NCBI GenBank assembly: GCA_964587105.1
Contig: CAZPKG010000011.1
Span: 28,309 to 92,308, forward strand
DNA length: 64,000 bases
Direction of reading: 5' to 3'
DNA from: an uncultured Alphaproteobacteria bacterium
Lineage (GTDB): Bacteria; Electryoneota; RPQS01
A program made the translations under genes and the position numbers. Under the pieces are notes generated by a model that was not told the origin of the DNA, did not search any database, and saw only the letters and a program-made list of their open reading frames with translations. Of this stretch, positions 48,000 to 57,521 are shown one piece after another. Numbering within the stretch: position 1 is the first letter of the stretch; each line of letters opens with the position of its first letter.

Positions 48000-50795
48000 T
48001 CAATTTGTCGCAAGCGCTGGGCAAACTGCGGGTGTTGCTTCGTTTTGAAGTGTCGGCGCCGTTGTGGTGATGATGGTGCAATCGGAGCAGAATGTCACAT
48101 CGGCGACGTGATCCCAGCCCTTGCAACAGAATTCACCCTCGCAATCGGGATCGGCACGCGCGATAAACGAGTCGTTGATGGTGACGTGAGTGCCCAAGCC
48201 CGCTGTGGCCGGTACGGAGCCGCTCGATGACGGCTCATCCCACCAGCGCACACGTCCGTGCAGTAATCGTTTTGTATCCAGATAGCCGCCGTTTCTGTCG
48301 GGGCGGTAATCATCGTTGCCGTAGTCGTCGCCGCCGTGCGGATAATCCGTGCCGCCGTAGTTCTTGTGACGTGTGCGGCTCACGGGTGGATCGAGCGGAG
48401 TAAAACCTGTCGGCGGAGGACCGCCGGTGCATGTTACCGTTTCGCGTGTGCGATCGCCTTTTGCATCTTGTCCCCAATAACACATCTCCCACGCTTCGGC
48501 AATTTCAAATCTGATAAAAACGACCATCTCGAAACTGAACCCAACTTCGAAATTGCCGTCTTTGCAAGTCAGCACGGGCCCAAGCGGAATGTCCTTTTCA
48601 TCACCGTATGTACCATTGGAAACACCTGAGGTGCGGAGTAACATTCCGTCACAACAGCAGCGGATCGTAATCCACGGAATATCGAAATCGCCGGGTATCA
48701 GGGCAATGGTCGTAACACCGCCGTTTAGTAACGGATCTTCCGGAATAGTTGACGATTCGGTGATTACTCGCTCAATTGAGATCGGAATGGGGTTGACCAG
48801 AATCAAGGAATCCATGCCGGGATACCACGGAAAGGTCGCTTGGCCGCCATGGAATGTTCCGGCCTGTGAAGTTTCCCAAATAATATCGATCAGCGGAGAC
48901 CAGGTTCCACCAACTCCCGTTGTGTCAACCGTGAACAAACCGGTCCCGGAATCATGAGTCGCCGTGAAGTTCGAAAACGGGAGCGGAACGATTTCAATGG
49001 CCTGCGTGACGTCGGCAAAAGTCCCATCAATGAAATTGACATGAGCTGTGATGGTATGCGGCCCGGGAGACGTGTGAGAGAAATCAACCGGAATGCCGTT
49101 GATACCCGCGAGGTTCCAGGGGTTTATGTGGTCTGTGCCGAGCAAGACGGGACTGCTCGACATGTCGAGCCAAATTTCATAGTCTTGCCAGAGCGAGAGG
49201 TGCAGAAAGTCGTTCAGGACGATTGTGTTCTGGCCCGCCAGTCTCGCGCTGTTTGGTGGCCATGCAATTATCGGTTGCGGTGTGTTCAAGACATTATCAG
49301 CAATTGCTTGCACTGCATAGAAACCGATGCTGGGCAGCCCCGAGACGTCTATGTCGAAAATTCCGTCTGTGGTCATTGTGAGGATTTGATCAATCGTGGC
49401 CTCGGTCGGGCCATACAGCACAACCCATTGCGCTCCCTGCAAATCGCGCCCATTATCGGCGGTAATCGTTGGATCCCACTGCAAACGAATCATGTCATTA
49501 CCGAGCGGACGTATCGTCAAATCAATGGGCGACATGGATTGCAGTGAGAGCATTTCGAGAGTTGTCTCGATTGTAATCGGACTCAAAGCCATGACTCCCA
49601 TACAATCGCGGGCGACAAGACGCACTTCGTAAGTTGTCGATGGGGAAAGTCCGGAGATGATATGGGCGCTGTTCTTGCCCCACCACGGCGCCGTTTTGAA
49701 TACCGGATAGATGCTTGATCCGAACGGGAAGTCAACATACATGGACGTTACAAAACCGTCTGATGAATATTGAATCGCATAGTCGGTATCTGCACCGTTC
49801 AAGGGATCCCACGGCAAATTGAATTGCAGAGAATGAGACGCCGTCGCGGGATAGAGAATCGGTGCGGGCGGTGCAGTGACCGGCAGGCAGCCGTGGCCTT
49901 CCAACTCAATGCGTAGCGGTGCGCTGCCGTCACTCTGCTTGATGAACACGACACCGAAGAAATCACCGACGGCCGGAGGTGTGAAGCCGACTTGCAGCAG
50001 CGCAACATCATTGGGTTGAATCACTGATGGCGGAGGAACTGCAACAAAGAAGATGTCGCTGTAGGTTCCGACAAATTCGATACATGTTGCGTTTGGCCCT
50101 GTGTTGCGAACGGCAATCTCTCCAAATACCGTTTGGTGTACATACGTATCTGGCAGCGTGTTGTTGGATTCAGGGGTTACTTCAAGAACGCCGCATTGCA
50201 ACGGCGGATCGAGGCTATTGGGCTGATTGGGAGTACAGTGGCGGAATCGGCCGGTTGGAGAAAAGACCTGCGTGCACTCTTTCCATGCAAGGGGATCATC
50301 TGTCCACTGCTGGTTCTGAATGCGCTTCTCGACGCTGTTGCCTGCATTTGCTGCTGCTAAATCAGGAAAGGTCGTGGCCAGAGATCCGTCAATCAATTGC
50401 GCGGTCGGGCCGTTGCCGTCAAACAAAGCGAGGTTGTCTCCGGCGTTGTTCAAAGTCCACGACGGATCAACCTCGTTACAGACTACAGTGGGAAACTCAG
50501 CAATCGGCTGCTTGCTGATGACCAAATATCCGTTAGGTGGAATGACTGTTCCCGGTGGAATTAGCAGAGCGCCTTCTGTCGAAGGCGGCGGCCAAACGTT
50601 GCCGTCCGTCAAAACCCAATTCGACAATGTGCGCGGGAAGGGTTGCGTATTATACAACTCAACCCATTCAATGTCTGTCGTGGCCGTGTCATCGTACATA
50701 ATCTCATTGATCAGTACGCTGCCGGGCTGTGCGAACAGCGGCACACCAACGCATAACAACAGAATCGTCAACCAAATTTGTCTATATCGCTGCAT
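48000..50795 (-). CDS. Large secreted protein with N-terminal lamin-tail domain (LTD) and Fn3-like repeats
   Basis: Signal peptide. LINEIMYDD...DIEWVELYN is the LTD signature. Multiple beta-sandwich repeats. No T9SS CTD. Confidence 0.75.
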   Translation of the reverse strand: MQRYRQIWLTILLLCVGVPLFAQPGSVLINEIMYDDTATTDIEWVELYNTQPFPRTLSNWVLTDGNVWPPPSTEGALLIPPGTVIPPNGYLVISKQPIAEFPTVVCNEVDPSWTLNNAGDNLALFDGNGPTAQLIDGSLATTFPDLAAANAGNSVEKRIQNQQWTDDPLAWKECTQVFSPTGRFRHCTPNQPNSLDPPLQCGVLEVTPESNNTLPDTYVHQTVFGEIAVRNTGPNATCIEFVGTYSDIFFVAVPPPSVIQPNDVALLQVGFTPPAVGDFFGVVFIKQSDGSAPLRIELEGHGCLPVTAPPAPILYPATASHSLQFNLPWDPLNGADTDYAIQYSSDGFVTSMYVDFPFGSSIYPVFKTAPWWGKNSAHIISGLSPSTTYEVRLVARDCMGVMALSPITIETTLEMLSLQSMSPIDLTIRPLGNDMIRLQWDPTITADNGRDLQGAQWVVLYGPTEATIDQILTMTTDGIFDIDVSGLPSIGFYAVQAIADNVLNTPQPIIAWPPNSARLAGQNTIVLNDFLHLSLWQDYEIWLDMSSSPVLLGTDHINPWNLAGINGIPVDFSHTSPGPHTITAHVNFIDGTFADVTQAIEIVPLPFSNFTATHDSGTGLFTVDTTGVGGTWSPLIDIIWETSQAGTFHGGQATFPWYPGMDSLILVNPIPISIERVITESSTIPEDPLLNGGVTTIALIPGDFDIPWITIRCCCDGMLLRTSGVSNGTYGDEKDIPLGPVLTCKDGNFEVGFSFEMVVFIRFEIAEAWEMCYWGQDAKGDRTRETVTCTGGPPPTGFTPLDPPVSRTRHKNYGGTDYPHGGDDYGNDDYRPDRNGGYLDTKRLLHGRVRWWDEPSSSGSVPATAGLGTHVTINDSFIARADPDCEGEFCCKGWDHVADVTFCSDCTIITTTAPTLQNEATPAVCPALATN

Positions 50796-51025
50796 GGTAC
50801 TCTCCCCAATCGTGAGTGATTCTCCAACGCCAAGCGAGGTGCAAATCAGACGGTGCTTTTCCCCTATATAAAAATCTACATGTGAGGTTTGTGATTGTCA
50901 ATGAATATTGAACATGCTTGTTGAATATCTCTTAAAGTATTTTAGGGCTAAACTATTGAGAACGTTGCAGAGGGACAAAATTGGAGCACTCTCAGACTCA
51001 AAGGAGAGGCGGGGAGAAAAAAAGA

Positions 51026-51048
51026 CAGGCAGGTCTAAAACCTGCCTG
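51026..51048 (-). terminator. Rho-independent terminator after ATL gene
   Basis: gagaaaaaaaga-caggcaggt-ctaaa-acctgcctg. Confidence 0.6.
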
Positions 51049-51086
51049 ATAAACGAATACCTAAAGATAAATCAGCGAGCCTGAAA

Positions 51087-51464
51087 CTACTTCTTCCACC
51101 CGAACTTTTTAAAATCCACTTTGTCTTTGTCGTTGAACTCGACGCCTTCTTGCTCTAAGATTTTGCGTTGAATATTGGCGGCCATTGGATTACTGCGAAT
51201 GGAAATGTGGCCTTGCGCATTGATGACTCGCTGCCATGGCACATTCTCGATATCGCTTTCGCTCAAAGCATGTAAGGCATAACCGACCATGCGGGCGTGT
51301 CGTTCAAGGCCGGCTACTCGTGCGACTTGGCCGTAACTTGCCACTTTGCCGCGCGGGATCTTTTTCACCGTGGCGTAGATGCGTTTGTAAAGAGATTCGG
51401 GGCCGCTCTTGACCCCCCCTAACCCCCCCGCGCGACGCGGAGGGGGACCAGATTTAGACGTCAT
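51087..51464 (-). CDS. Alkyltransferase-like protein (ATL; MGMT-family DNA-binding domain lacking the catalytic Cys)
   Basis: VPWQRVINAQG corresponds to the Ogt PCHRV motif with Trp replacing Cys, as in ATL proteins. IPRGKVASYGQVA helix-turn-helix region. The first ~17 codons are the translation of a REP element. Confidence 0.7.
   Translation of the reverse strand: MTSKSGPPPRRAGGLGGVKSGPESLYKRIYATVKKIPRGKVASYGQVARVAGLERHARMVGYALHALSESDIENVPWQRVINAQGHISIRSNPMAANIQRKILEQEGVEFNDKDKVDFKKFGWKK
51413..51446. repeat. REP-like hairpin, family 1 (reverse orientation), lies within ATL coding sequence
   Basis: ccccccctaacccccccgcgcgacgcggaggggg. Confidence 0.75.
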
Positions 51465-52350
51465 AGTTCAAGAGTTTGTAGATCATTAGAGCGCGGACGG
51501 TCAGTTCGCGGTCTTGAGCATTTTCTTCGAGCGGGTAGTACCACGAGAGATGCGCGGGAGTTTCTTCGAGGTCGAAGTGCCACATGCCGTCGGCGTCCTG
51601 CTGGACTTCCAGTTCTTCATAAAGCCATTGCAGATGCGGAACACCGGCCACGACTCCGGCGCGCGCACCGTGCTCCAAATCGAATAACATGCGCACGGGT
51701 GCGGCAAGGTATTTGTCTTTATCGGGAATCGTGAAGCGGGTGTTTTCCGGAAGCAGAACTTCGGGTTGCGTCTCGACTTCATTCAAGAGTTTGGTGAGTA
51801 GGGCGCGCTTGTTCAGAACTTCATTGACGTTCGGCTGCCACCAGACCATCGCATTATAGGCCGGAACGGTCGGAGCGGGAGATTTCTTGTCGGAAAACCA
51901 ATGCTGCCATTCGAGTTTTACAATTTCCAAATAGGATTCGAGCAGAGGGTGCGTGCCGCGCGTGGCGCGAGCAAGCATGTGCAAACAGACGTCCCGCACA
52001 AGCAAGCGTTGATTGGATTGCAACTCCCAAGTTACGTTTTCTTGCGCGAGTGTGGGAAGCACAACAAAATCCAAAGCGCGTTTGACACAACCGTGATCTT
52101 CGGCTCCGGCCTCGCACAGCCACAACACTGAGGCCGCTGTGTGCGAAAGTCTATCATTGAAGGAACCGTTTGCCAATTGCTCAGTGGCGAGTTTCACGAC
52201 GCGCGGATGTTTCAAAACGGCGGCTTGGGCTGACGAAGTTTCAATCCAACTCTCATCACGGCCTAACACGTCGCGCAAAATTCGGTAACGAAGTAAGGGG
52301 CCGCTCTCTTTGAAGAGCTGTTGGAATGATGGTGGGAGATCGGGGATCAC
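51454..52350 (-). CDS. Hypothetical protein (GTG start), overlaps ATL gene start by 11 nt
   Basis: 298-aa ORF preceded by an ATTTC-repeat leader and a REP element. No recognised domain. Confidence 0.5.
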   Translation of the reverse strand: MIPDLPPSFQQLFKESGPLLRYRILRDVLGRDESWIETSSAQAAVLKHPRVVKLATEQLANGSFNDRLSHTAASVLWLCEAGAEDHGCVKRALDFVVLPTLAQENVTWELQSNQRLLVRDVCLHMLARATRGTHPLLESYLEIVKLEWQHWFSDKKSPAPTVPAYNAMVWWQPNVNEVLNKRALLTKLLNEVETQPEVLLPENTRFTIPDKDKYLAAPVRMLFDLEHGARAGVVAGVPHLQWLYEELEVQQDADGMWHFDLEETPAHLSWYYPLEENAQDRELTVRALMIYKLLNYDV

Positions 52351-52353
52351 TTG

Positions 52354-52390
52354 AGGAAAATAGGAAATGAGAAATTAGAAATAGGAAAGC
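52354..52390 (-). promoter_or_regulatory. ATTTC-repeat leader element abutting a GTG start (minus strand)
   Basis: Minus-strand reading: ctttcctatttctaatttctcatttcctattttcctcaaGTG. A REP lies directly upstream. Confidence 0.5.
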
Positions 52391-52395
52391 GGAAG

Positions 52396-52436
52396 CCCCC
52401 CTTAATCCCCCCAAATACGCAGACGAATTTGGGGGG
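52396..52436. repeat. REP-like hairpin, family 1 (reverse orientation)
   Basis: ccccccttaatccccccaaatacgcagacgaatttgggggg. Confidence 0.8.
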
Positions 52437-52476
52437 AGACCTGAAGCAATATGCGAAGTACTTGTTGAAAATGCAA

Positions 52477-52500
52477 ACGGGGCCGCAGATGCGGCCCCGT
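52477..52500 (-). terminator. Rho-independent terminator after six-PPC-domain giant gene
   Basis: gaaaatgcaa-acggggccgc-agat-gcggccccgt. Confidence 0.6.
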
Positions 52501-52523
52501 TCATGGACAAGTTGTTGAGAATG

Positions 52524-55511
52524 TTATTCTCGCGGTGTGACGATGTTAGGATGTTGCGGCATGACGACCGTGGGTACTACATCGCAGGGTGGGTGATTCG
52601 CCTCGCAATAAGCAACAACTTGATAGATCCAGATTTCGTTGATCCCATTGTTGATGATGACGCCTTCATGGAGGAATTGCGTCGCGGTGGTTGAAGCAAC
52701 ATAGTTTGCAGGTTGAACGATGTTCAAGCTGTTGTTGTTGCTCGTGCGGTAGATTCGGTACTCTGTGGCACCCAAAACCGGAGTCCAATAGAGCGCAACG
52801 TTTTGAAGCGAATCGGAGACACCCATTGAATCCGGATAGTGAATTACCAAACTATCTGGAGCTTGGCAAACGGTCGGTTCGCATGGTGAACAGACGGCGG
52901 CAAGTGCATAGTCCCAGCAATTCACAAATTCGAGTCCGGTCGGGCGGAACTCAACGAGATAAACACCTTGCGGCAGACAAAGCGAGATGCACTGAATGCC
53001 CTGACAGCCGACGACGTAAATGCAATCGAGCAAATCACGATGGGCACATGGATCGAGCGATGGGCCCGGTCGGTAGATGCTCAAATAGCCATTGAATTCG
53101 CTGGTTACACAGAGTCTGACCTGACTTGGATCGCCAACACGCAAGCCGTACCAATCGGTGTCAGTGTAGTTCGGATCAGAATAGCCTGTTCCGCAGTAGG
53201 TATCGCCACAACCTATCGGGAGGAAGCGATGCGGCGTTGTATTGCATCCGCCGTCAGTTGTGTCAATAAACGATGGACATGGTTCGTTTTCGAGAATAGC
53301 CTGCGGCGGGCAGGTGATTTCACACGGTGGGCGGCAATCGCAGAATGTACAGCCGACCGCCAAAATGTACGGCCCTTGTGTCGCTAACTCACCGTACACG
53401 TGAATGAAATAGAATCCGGGCTCCAGACACGCTGTTATTAAGCGGGAATCTTCGCCTATGCCGCCGTCAGAGTCCTGTCCAATCAACGTCTGGCAATCGC
53501 TATCCCATACTTCGACGGCTGGGTCAAGCCCCTGTCCGAACGGGTATTGATTGTCTGTATCGTTGCCGAGAACATCGATGATGAGTTGAGTGCAGAATTC
53601 GAGCTGTATCAGATACCAATCGTGATCCGGCGCTGCGGCTCCTTGAATTGCTCCACAGTAGGATTGACCACACTCGACACGCGGATCGAATGTGCCGCAC
53701 TGATTGTTGATCGGCTCAATGTCGTTGTTGGGCCAGGGACATGTGTCGCACGGCGCACACGAAGTTGCAAGGATATATGGGCCGCTGGTGAAGTCTTCCT
53801 GCTGGACTTGGATGTTATAAGACCCTTGCGGCAGGCAAACTTCAAGGCGAGCATCTTCGCCGATACCGCTTGCCGTGTCAACGCCAAACACCCATGTGCA
53901 GCCGACTCCGACGATTCTGACCATCGGATCAAGTCCCTGACCAAAGGGATACCAGCCCGGAGTATCGTCACCGAAGACGTCAATTGTCACGCGTTGGAGA
54001 CCTGCGCCGACAACGGTAAGCAAGTACCAATCCACATCATTCGGTGTGGTTATGTCTCCGCACAATGTATCTCCGCAGACCATCGGCGGATTGAAGGTGC
54101 CGCATTGGTTGTTCAGGGCCTCGTTGTCGCGATTGGGATAGTCACAGGTGTTAGGACATTCGCACGGAGTGCAACTGACTGCAACGACATACGGACCGAA
54201 CGATTGATTCTGCGGTTGACCTTGGACGTACAACCGGTAGATTCCGGGTCTGAGACAAAGCGAGTCAATGCGTGCATCGTTTCCGGCGCCGCTGTTTCCG
54301 TCAAATGCGATGGTCGAATCACATGAGACGTTGATGATGAAGACTTGCGGGTTCAGACCTTGTCCAAACGGGAAATAACCGGGTGTGTCGTTGCCAAAGA
54401 CGTCAACGGTGACATTTTGACAGCCGGGGCCTTGGATATCGAGATAGTAATAATCTTGCCCATCCTGTCCGGGTGTGATGTTACCGCAAATCGTATCGCC
54501 GCAGGTCAATACAGAGCCACCGGCGAGGCAGGCATTATTGGGTTCAAGATCGCCGTCAGGGTAGAGACAGCTCGGACAATCACATCCGGTGCACGTCACC
54601 GCAAGTTCGTATGGCCCAATACTTCCGACGCCTTCCACGAGTATGTAGTAGGAACCGGCGCGGGTACAAAGCGAATCAATAACCGCATCCAAACCAATAC
54701 CGCCATCATCGTCTTGGGCAACCATCGTCAAGCAGTCACCTGTCCAAAGCGAAACTTTGGGGTTCAAGCCCTGTCCTTCCGGCCAATGGCCAGGCGTATC
54801 ATCGCCGAAGACATTTATGCGGACGTCGGAGCAGGGGAATTGTGTGAAACTGAAATGATACCAATCGCGGTCGGCTGTAGTGGAAATTTCACCGCATAGA
54901 CGATCGCCGCATGCGACATTCGGGATATTCGGTCCGCAAGCGTCGTTGATAGGCTCGAAGTCGCGCGATGGGAACGGGCAAGTGTCTTGTGCGCAAGGTG
55001 TTTCAGGGCAAGCTTGGCCTTGCACGACGTTGAAAACGTAGTTGCCGGAATTGGGAGCCGTTGAGCCGCCATCTACAACTACAAAATACTGGGTATTGGC
55101 AAGCAAAGTCACGCCACTGCAGCAGGCATCGTCGCCGCAGACGTTGTCACTGCAGCAGACCAACACGCCACCGGACGTCGGACAGCCGCGCCAGATAGTA
55201 AGGGCCGTGTTGTAGGGCGAGCCACAAAGCGAGAAAGAGAGTATGCTCGTTACCGGGGGTGTCAACGTGTAAACTACGTCGGGAGCGGCACTGCCGGTGT
55301 TACACGTTACCGGGTAATCGTTGACGTGCCCCGAAGTTGTTCCAGTGTCGCAAAACGGGATGGTTGTGATGGCTACGGCGGTGGCGCAGGTTTCCCCGCC
55401 TTGGTCAAGGGGGTCATTTGGATTGCGGTTTGCCTCGTCGTTGGCGGCCCAGAGGGGTAGTGAAAGGAGCAGGAGCAGGAGGGCTGAGCACAGGGTTTTA
55501 CATCGGTACAT
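52524..55511 (-). CDS. Giant secreted protein with one N-terminal and six tandem ~110-aa PPC (pre-peptidase C-terminal) domains, C-terminal Fn3-like domain
   Basis: Start at MYRCKTLCSALLLLLLSLPLWA (RBS AGGAG). Six repeats of CP..C.YP..D.EP.N.C...CGDT.CG.I....D.DWY......C..V.IDVFG.DTPG..PFGQGL.P.V........DG..G...DA...CL..G.Y...V...GPY.LAV. Fn3-like C-terminus (EYRIYRT...IYQVVAYC). Confidence 0.8.
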   Translation of the reverse strand: MYRCKTLCSALLLLLLSLPLWAANDEANRNPNDPLDQGGETCATAVAITTIPFCDTGTTSGHVNDYPVTCNTGSAAPDVVYTLTPPVTSILSFSLCGSPYNTALTIWRGCPTSGGVLVCCSDNVCGDDACCSGVTLLANTQYFVVVDGGSTAPNSGNYVFNVVQGQACPETPCAQDTCPFPSRDFEPINDACGPNIPNVACGDRLCGEISTTADRDWYHFSFTQFPCSDVRINVFGDDTPGHWPEGQGLNPKVSLWTGDCLTMVAQDDDGGIGLDAVIDSLCTRAGSYYILVEGVGSIGPYELAVTCTGCDCPSCLYPDGDLEPNNACLAGGSVLTCGDTICGNITPGQDGQDYYYLDIQGPGCQNVTVDVFGNDTPGYFPFGQGLNPQVFIINVSCDSTIAFDGNSGAGNDARIDSLCLRPGIYRLYVQGQPQNQSFGPYVVAVSCTPCECPNTCDYPNRDNEALNNQCGTFNPPMVCGDTLCGDITTPNDVDWYLLTVVGAGLQRVTIDVFGDDTPGWYPFGQGLDPMVRIVGVGCTWVFGVDTASGIGEDARLEVCLPQGSYNIQVQQEDFTSGPYILATSCAPCDTCPWPNNDIEPINNQCGTFDPRVECGQSYCGAIQGAAAPDHDWYLIQLEFCTQLIIDVLGNDTDNQYPFGQGLDPAVEVWDSDCQTLIGQDSDGGIGEDSRLITACLEPGFYFIHVYGELATQGPYILAVGCTFCDCRPPCEITCPPQAILENEPCPSFIDTTDGGCNTTPHRFLPIGCGDTYCGTGYSDPNYTDTDWYGLRVGDPSQVRLCVTSEFNGYLSIYRPGPSLDPCAHRDLLDCIYVVGCQGIQCISLCLPQGVYLVEFRPTGLEFVNCWDYALAAVCSPCEPTVCQAPDSLVIHYPDSMGVSDSLQNVALYWTPVLGATEYRIYRTSNNNSLNIVQPANYVASTTATQFLHEGVIINNGINEIWIYQVVAYCEANHPPCDVVPTVVMPQHPNIVTPRE

Positions 55512-55757
55512 CTTGATTTCTCCTAATTTAGTCATATTCGGCCAGATATTCGCAAGGTGCTGTTCTATAACATATAATAAAACAGCTTCCACCAATTGTG
55601 CAAGTTCTTTAGCAACTTTCTAACAGGATTGCCCGGTTTAATCAGTTCTTACTAAGTTATGGTTAGAAGGGTGTATTATCGATAATAGACAGGTACGTCG
55701 GAGCAGTTCTTGCTGTAAAGTGGGATATAAGGGGATCACGCAACACAAGGCAAAGGT

Positions 55758-56153
55758 ATGAGCGGATTAGCTCCATTCAAGGTTTGCGACAAGTGCGGTT
55801 TCGAATGGAATACGATTGAGGAGTTTGTGCTTGATACGAACTTGCGAGTCAACGGTTACCAGGCGATGCTCAGCAACGCTGACGAGGGATTGTATATTCT
55901 CACGCACGAATGTCCGGCGTGTTTGACGTCATTGTCGGTTACGGTTGGTAGTCTCGCGAGTTTGTACCAAGGGGTGCGGTTCACTGAACTGAAGTTCCTT
56001 AGTCCAGAGTGCGAAGGACACTGTTTCAAGACTGATGATCTAAGTGTATGTAAAGTCGAGTGTTCAATGCGCTGGGCACGAGAAGTATTGCAATACTTGA
56101 AAGAACACAGACTACCGGAGAAAGTGCGAACTTTACTGCGCAGTTCTGGATAA
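55758..56153 (+). CDS. Small Cys-rich (zinc-ribbon-like) protein, paralog 1
   Basis: 131 aa. Cys pairs CDKCG / CPAC / CEGHC / CKVEC. Conserved C-terminus MRWAREVLQYLKEHRLP shared with the downstream paralog. Lower-GC island. Confidence 0.55.
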   Translation: MSGLAPFKVCDKCGFEWNTIEEFVLDTNLRVNGYQAMLSNADEGLYILTHECPACLTSLSVTVGSLASLYQGVRFTELKFLSPECEGHCFKTDDLSVCKVECSMRWAREVLQYLKEHRLPEKVRTLLRSSG

Positions 56154-56262
56154 GGCAATTACAGTTGCGTGTTACAGAGTGCGGTTGATTTTTGTTGACG
56201 CTGGCACTTGATAATTACGATTGTACTTAATAAATTGTTATTAGGCACAATTAGGGGTTATC

Positions 56263-56658
56263 ATGGAAAATGTTCCGTTTTTCAAAGTGTGCAACGGTTG
56301 CGGCAAAGAGTGGCTTACCGTCGAGGAATTTATTCTCGATCCGAGCCTGCTCGTGACCAAATACCAAGCAGTGTTCGGTGAAGTAGAGTATGGGTTGTAC
56401 GTTCTTCGACATGACAAACCTGATTGTCAATCATCGCTCTCGGTTCATGTCGGCATGTTCAAAGGGCTTATCCCAAGCCACCACCATGAATCGGGGTATA
56501 TGGATCCAAGCTGTGAGAACCGTTGTTTTTCACAACGTGATCTTGGCCCATGCAACGTCGCATGTTCGATGAAGTGGGCCAGAGACGTCTTGCAATATCT
56601 GAAGGAGCACAGGTTGCCGCCGGGATTTCAAAGAGGAGGCAACTACACTTTGTTCTGA
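56263..56658 (+). CDS. Small Cys-rich (zinc-ribbon-like) protein, paralog 2
   Basis: 131 aa, same Cys spacing (CNGCG / PDC / CENRC / CNVAC) and MKWARDVLQYLKEHRLP. Followed by a hairpin plus T-run terminator. Confidence 0.55.
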   Translation: MENVPFFKVCNGCGKEWLTVEEFILDPSLLVTKYQAVFGEVEYGLYVLRHDKPDCQSSLSVHVGMFKGLIPSHHHESGYMDPSCENRCFSQRDLGPCNVACSMKWARDVLQYLKEHRLPPGFQRGGNYTLF

Positions 56659-56685
56659 AAGCACCGGGACAAATCAATAACGAAA

Positions 56686-56712
56686 GCAGCCGCATGAGAT
56701 TCATGCGGCTGC
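56686..56712. terminator. Bidirectional terminator between Cys-rich paralog 2 (+) and cyclophilin gene (-)
   Basis: cgaaa-gcagccgcatga-gat-tcatgcggctgc-tttatg. Confidence 0.65.
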
Positions 56713-56769
56713 TTTATGTATCGGTATGCATTGCGGGTCTGGAGACCCATAGCGGCGAAATGCGAGCGA

Positions 56770-57459
56770 TTACAAACCGGCTTGGGCGCGGCTGACGATC
56801 TTGACGGATTTCATCTTGACCTTGGCGAGCGGAGTGGAACCTTGAACCGGAGTCTCGGCGATTTGGTTCACGATTTCCATGCCCTTGATGGTCTTGCCGA
56901 AGACGGTGTATTGATTGTCAAGGTGCGGTGTGGCAACGTGGCAGATGAAGAACTGCGAACCCGCGCTATTCGGATCGGGGGTGCGAGCCATCGAAAGCGT
57001 GCCCGGCTCGTGGTGGCGATCGTTAAACTCGGCATTCACCGTCCAACCCGGACCACCCTGGCCCGTGCCTGTGGGATCGCCGCCTTGAATCATGAAACCT
57101 TTGATCACGCGATGAAAGATCACGCCATCATAAAAATTGTGATCGGCCAACCACTTGAAATTACGCACGTGGTTGGGAGCCTTATCAGGATAGAACTCCG
57201 CGACAATCGTGCCTTTGATGGGGCCGCCTTCTTGTTCAATTTCAATCACGGCAACGCTATCACCTGTGACGGGATAGTCAGCAGGCCATTTTTCGAGTTT
57301 CGGGGTATCGGACACGGGTTTCGCTTGCTCCTGAGTGTTTTTAACTTCGGTCTTTTTCGGCTCCTGCTTGGTGGCGGCCTTTTCAGCAGGTTTCTCGGAC
57401 TTGCTGCAGCCTGCGAACGCGACGCCCGCGGCTATCAGTACGATCAAAAGTGATTTCAT
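56770..57459 (-). CDS. ppiA: Peptidyl-prolyl cis-trans isomerase, cyclophilin type (lipoprotein/periplasmic)
   Basis: FHRVIKGFMIQGGDPTGTGQGGPGW...GTLSMAR...GSQFFI...LDNQYTVFG are cyclophilin signature blocks. N-terminal signal with FAGC lipobox. Confidence 0.9.
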   Translation of the reverse strand: MKSLLIVLIAAGVAFAGCSKSEKPAEKAATKQEPKKTEVKNTQEQAKPVSDTPKLEKWPADYPVTGDSVAVIEIEQEGGPIKGTIVAEFYPDKAPNHVRNFKWLADHNFYDGVIFHRVIKGFMIQGGDPTGTGQGGPGWTVNAEFNDRHHEPGTLSMARTPDPNSAGSQFFICHVATPHLDNQYTVFGKTIKGMEIVNQIAETPVQGSTPLAKVKMKSVKIVSRAQAGL

Positions 57460-57521
57460 GCGTTTTCCTTTGTTGGGGTCTATGTGAAATGTAAATGTGT
57501 GTCAGAAGTGTCGAGTCGAGA

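Noticed and set aside
53547-54326. 259-aa plus-strand ORF inside the six-PPC-domain gene, and 56716-57453 antisense to the cyclophilin gene
   Set aside because: Antisense to strongly supported genes (clear PPC repeats, cyclophilin motifs). Low-complexity translations.
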